Positions 31,686 through 33,854 of a stretch of 33,854 bases of DNA are shown piece after piece. How positions within the stretch are numbered: position 1 is the stretch's first letter; each line of letters starts with the position of its first letter. Both the position numbers and the translations under genes were made by a program. The stretch lies in assembly GCA_027030285.1 (NCBI GenBank), contig JALVFC010000169.1:1-33854 (forward strand). Reading direction: 5' to 3'. Source of the stretch: Thiotrichaceae bacterium (lineage in GTDB: Bacteria > Pseudomonadota > Gammaproteobacteria > Thiotrichales > Thiotrichaceae). The notes beneath the pieces were generated by a model. The model worked only from the letters and a program-made list of their open reading frames with translations, made no database searches and was not told where the DNA came from.

Positions 31686-32012
31686 ATGTTACATAAAATC
31701 GTACTTACACTGCTTCTACTTAACATTTTGCTTTTTCCTGTAGCGAGCCTGAGCCAGCTCCAGTCCTCAGAGGGGCAGGAAGCCGAGAATGGTATCACTA
31801 TTGCACTACATACCCATGTGGTGAGTTCAGATGATGAGTGTTGTGTACTCCAGTGTGTGAACTGTTCTTGTACCTGTACGCAACTGGTTCTCACTCTGGA
31901 TTTTTTTATTCCTGTTATAGCCGCCCTTCAAAACAAGGGCTTTTATCAGAAAAAACAGGCTGCTTTTGTCAGTCTTAATCACCTCCCCGAAGTACCGCCT
32001 CCTCTCATCTAA
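31686..32012 (+). CDS. Small Cys-rich membrane/secreted protein (signal or TM segment, HTH His pair, CCx3Cx2CxCxC cluster, second hydrophobic segment, PPP tail)
   Basis: 108 aa from the ATG at 31686: MLHKIVLTLLLLNILLFPVASLSQ...HTHVVSSDDECCVLQCVNCSCTCTQLVLTLDFFIPVIAAL...LPEVPPPLI. It is a real-looking ORF in an operon-like position, but no family assignment is possible by eye. Confidence 0.5.
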   Translation: MLHKIVLTLLLLNILLFPVASLSQLQSSEGQEAENGITIALHTHVVSSDDECCVLQCVNCSCTCTQLVLTLDFFIPVIAALQNKGFYQKKQAAFVSLNHLPEVPPPLI

Positions 32013-32163
32013 TCATCCTTCTATTTCCGCATTTTGATTGGTCAGTGCCCTATGGGTAAATAGGTAGATAGATTTCACAAGGTGTTATCTGCACTGCGCG
32101 CAAATCAATTCTTAATATTCTTCCGGGACAGGGCAACCCCCCCGGATAAAGGATGAGATCAAT

Positions 32164-32736
32164 ATGGAGCAAATTACAACCAAAGACCCAGGCGTTTTTT
32201 TATCTACGATGCACGTTAAGGCATTGGCTTACGTGACTGTCCGGCTCAAGGATACCGAGTTAGCTCAGGATATAGTGCAAGATACAATGATAGGTTTTGT
32301 CCGCTCAGCACATCACTATGAGAACCGTGCATGGAGGAACCTGTTTTACAAAATTCTGAAACGCAGGATCATTGACTACGTAAGAAAGGAGCAATGGAGA
32401 AAACAGTTACGAGCAGCGTGGATGCCTCCTGACGCTACCGGGTTGGAAGGAGAGTCTGATGAAGGTGAGAGCCACTCCTGTAATCCAGACAGTACCGGGA
32501 AAAGTATTTCGTATGATACTGCTCAGTCTTATTTGAATGTCATTGAAATGATAGAGCAACTCGACGTTATTTTGTTAGCACTGCCTGAACGACAGCAAGA
32601 GGCTTATGAGCTTCGTAACTTGCAAGGTTATTCAATAAAAGAAGTCGCCAGGATGATGAGTTGTTCAGAAAGTAGTGTAAAGTCACTTACCTATAGGGCA
32701 TTGAAAGCTCTGCGGAAGCAGTTGGGCTGTCCATAA
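32164..32736 (+). CDS. ECF-type RNA polymerase sigma-70 family factor
   Basis: 190 aa. Region 2 ELAQDIVQDTMIGFVR...W..LFYKILKRRIIDYVRKE. Region 4 HTH LPERQQEAYELRNLQGYSIKEVARMMSCSESSVKSLTYRALKALRKQL. Confidence 0.85.
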   Translation: MEQITTKDPGVFLSTMHVKALAYVTVRLKDTELAQDIVQDTMIGFVRSAHHYENRAWRNLFYKILKRRIIDYVRKEQWRKQLRAAWMPPDATGLEGESDEGESHSCNPDSTGKSISYDTAQSYLNVIEMIEQLDVILLALPERQQEAYELRNLQGYSIKEVARMMSCSESSVKSLTYRALKALRKQLGCP

Positions 32737-33010
32737 CATACAAAGAAGCCTAAAAGTGCCGTGTTGGCCTTCCTTCGTCAGTATCAATTAGCTTTGTAGA
32801 GAACGTTAGAATGCCATCTTAACCTTTAAGGTGGTGGGTATGTAATGGTCAGGTTACGTCCTATTCGATTTGGTTTAGGATGAGGCACGAGAGTGTTCAG
32901 TATATAAGTACAAACGAATGTTTTGTATGTATTTGTTGGGCGAAATAAGGGTAAGCTGATGTAGCTTATGTGGATATGTTCTATTTGGATGCCAATTAAA
33001 CATAAGCTCT

Positions 33011-33042
33011 AAAAGAGGCAGGTAGCATGCACTACCTGCCTC
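33011..33042 (-). terminator. Rho-independent terminator of the multicopper oxidase gene
   Basis: The minus strand reads gaggcaggtag-tgcatg-ctacctgcctc (11-bp stem, 6-nt loop) followed by tttt. Confidence 0.75.
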
Positions 33043-33091
33043 CTGGGGCTATTGGTTGACTGGTTGAGTAAACCCAGCGTGATTCATTCCA

Positions 33092-33854
33092 CTATTTGTT
33101 GTTTTCCGTGTTTCCTGAATTGCCGCTATTCATGCCACCTGAAGCGTTCCCACCAACGTTAATGACCGCTGCTCCCGTTGTGACAGCAAACTGTCCCATC
33201 ATACCATCATCTTCATGTTCCAGAAAATGGCAGTGATACATATAACCAGTATTGTCATCCGTGAAATCTGTCATCTTCACAATGAATTTAACCGTATCTC
33301 GCGGTGCCAAGCGAATGGTGTCTTTATAGCCTTTTTCGCTTTGCGTAATATTTGCCGGGCTGCCATTCCTTTCCAGAGGGTAGAAGTGTGTCGCATGAAT
33401 ATGAAAGTTATGCTCCATTCCCATCATATTGACTACTTCCCATACTTCTATGTCATTGACCGGTACGAATTCATCAATACGGTTAATATCCATCAGTTTC
33501 CCATTAATCGCCATATGCATTGCGCCATCTTCACCTCGTGCCATATTAAGCACAAATCTACGGGTTCTAACGGCTGATGCAGGTGAGTATTTTTCCAGTG
33601 TAGTGAGTTGTGCAGGTACTACTGAGGTAATAGAACTGGTTTGGTTAATATTAACCTTCATAATATCCAGGCCAGAGTTTGCGTCTTGCAGGATTACGCT
33701 GTTGCCAAGATCATTCGTGAAGTCAACCACAATTTCTGCTCTCTCACCGGGGCTTAGCACCACAGAAGAAAGTGTTACTGGTGTCTCAAGGAAAGAGTTG
33801 TCCGTTGCTATCTGCTGGAAACTTCTGCTATCAGAAAATTGTACCTTGTAAACA
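33092..33854 (-). CDS. Multicopper oxidase, CueO-like, C-terminal part (5' end outside the window)
   Basis: C-terminal copper-ligand motif YMYHCHFLEHEDDGMMGQF, plus MGMEHNFHIHATHF. The reading frame stays open from 33763 to the window edge (VYKVQFSDSRSFQQIATDNSFLETPVTLSS-VVLSPGERAEIVVDF), so the track's 33763 start is internal. Confidence 0.85.
   Translation of the reverse strand, partial: VYKVQFSDSRSFQQIATDNSFLETPVTLSSVVLSPGERAEIVVDFTNDLGNSVILQDANSGLDIMKVNINQTSSITSVVPAQLTTLEKYSPASAVRTRRFVLNMARGEDGAMHMAINGKLMDINRIDEFVPVNDIEVWEVVNMMGMEHNFHIHATHFYPLERNGSPANITQSEKGYKDTIRLAPRDTVKFIVKMTDFTDDNTGYMYHCHFLEHEDDGMMGQFAVTTGAAVINVGGNASGGMNSGNSGNTENNK

Noticed and set aside
27470-32760. An intact integron: attI plus a cassette array with attC sites to the right of the intI remnant.
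   Set aside because: I looked after each gene end for attC-type imperfect inverted repeats with RYYYAAC ... GTTRRRY cores and found none convincing. The genes are also larger, and two are more closely coupled, than typical cassettes. Only the integrase remnant is supported.

Overview
Chromosomal segment, roughly mid-40s % GC by eye, with proteobacterial gene content. About 27 kb is core energy-metabolism DNA, followed by about 6.5 kb that looks accessory.

Core region:
- 1-11.9 kb (+): the 3' end of nuoD, then nuoE-F-G-H-I-J-K-L-M-N (NADH:quinone oxidoreductase), tightly packed with TAATG/ATGA start-stop overlaps.
- 12.1-13.5 kb (+): a secreted, modular Glu/Lys/Val-rich protein ending in a peptidoglycan-binding domain.
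- 13501-13538: a perfect 17-bp-stem bidirectional terminator, followed by a structured 230-nt spacer.
- 13.8-16.0 kb (-): uvrD, convergent with the gene above.
- 16.1-16.5 kb (+): a VanZ-like membrane protein.
- 16.7-24.0 kb (+): a complete atpIBEFHAGDC operon with a clean terminator.
- 24.1-27.3 kb (+): a TPMT-family methyltransferase, oligopeptidase B and a small NTF2-like protein. The last two have a strongly inverted strand composition (C>G, A>T) compared with both flanks.

Accessory region:
- 27337-27468 (-): a roughly 40-codon, stop-interrupted remnant of an integron-type tyrosine recombinase.
- 27312-27877: the remnant sits inside a 566-bp ORF-free, palindrome-dense stretch.
- 27.9-32.7 kb (+): a same-strand cluster of uncharacterised genes. 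It encodes an HTH-containing protein, a lipoprotein of five tandem beta-domain repeats, a beta-propeller lipoprotein, a small 6-Cys membrane/secreted protein and an ECF sigma factor with no adjacent anti-sigma gene.
- 33.1 kb to the window edge (-): a convergent, partial CueO-like multicopper oxidase.

I consider this cluster the best candidate for an undescribed system, possibly envelope or copper-linked. That functional reading is inference only. No tRNA, rRNA, CRISPR array or intact mobile element was seen.
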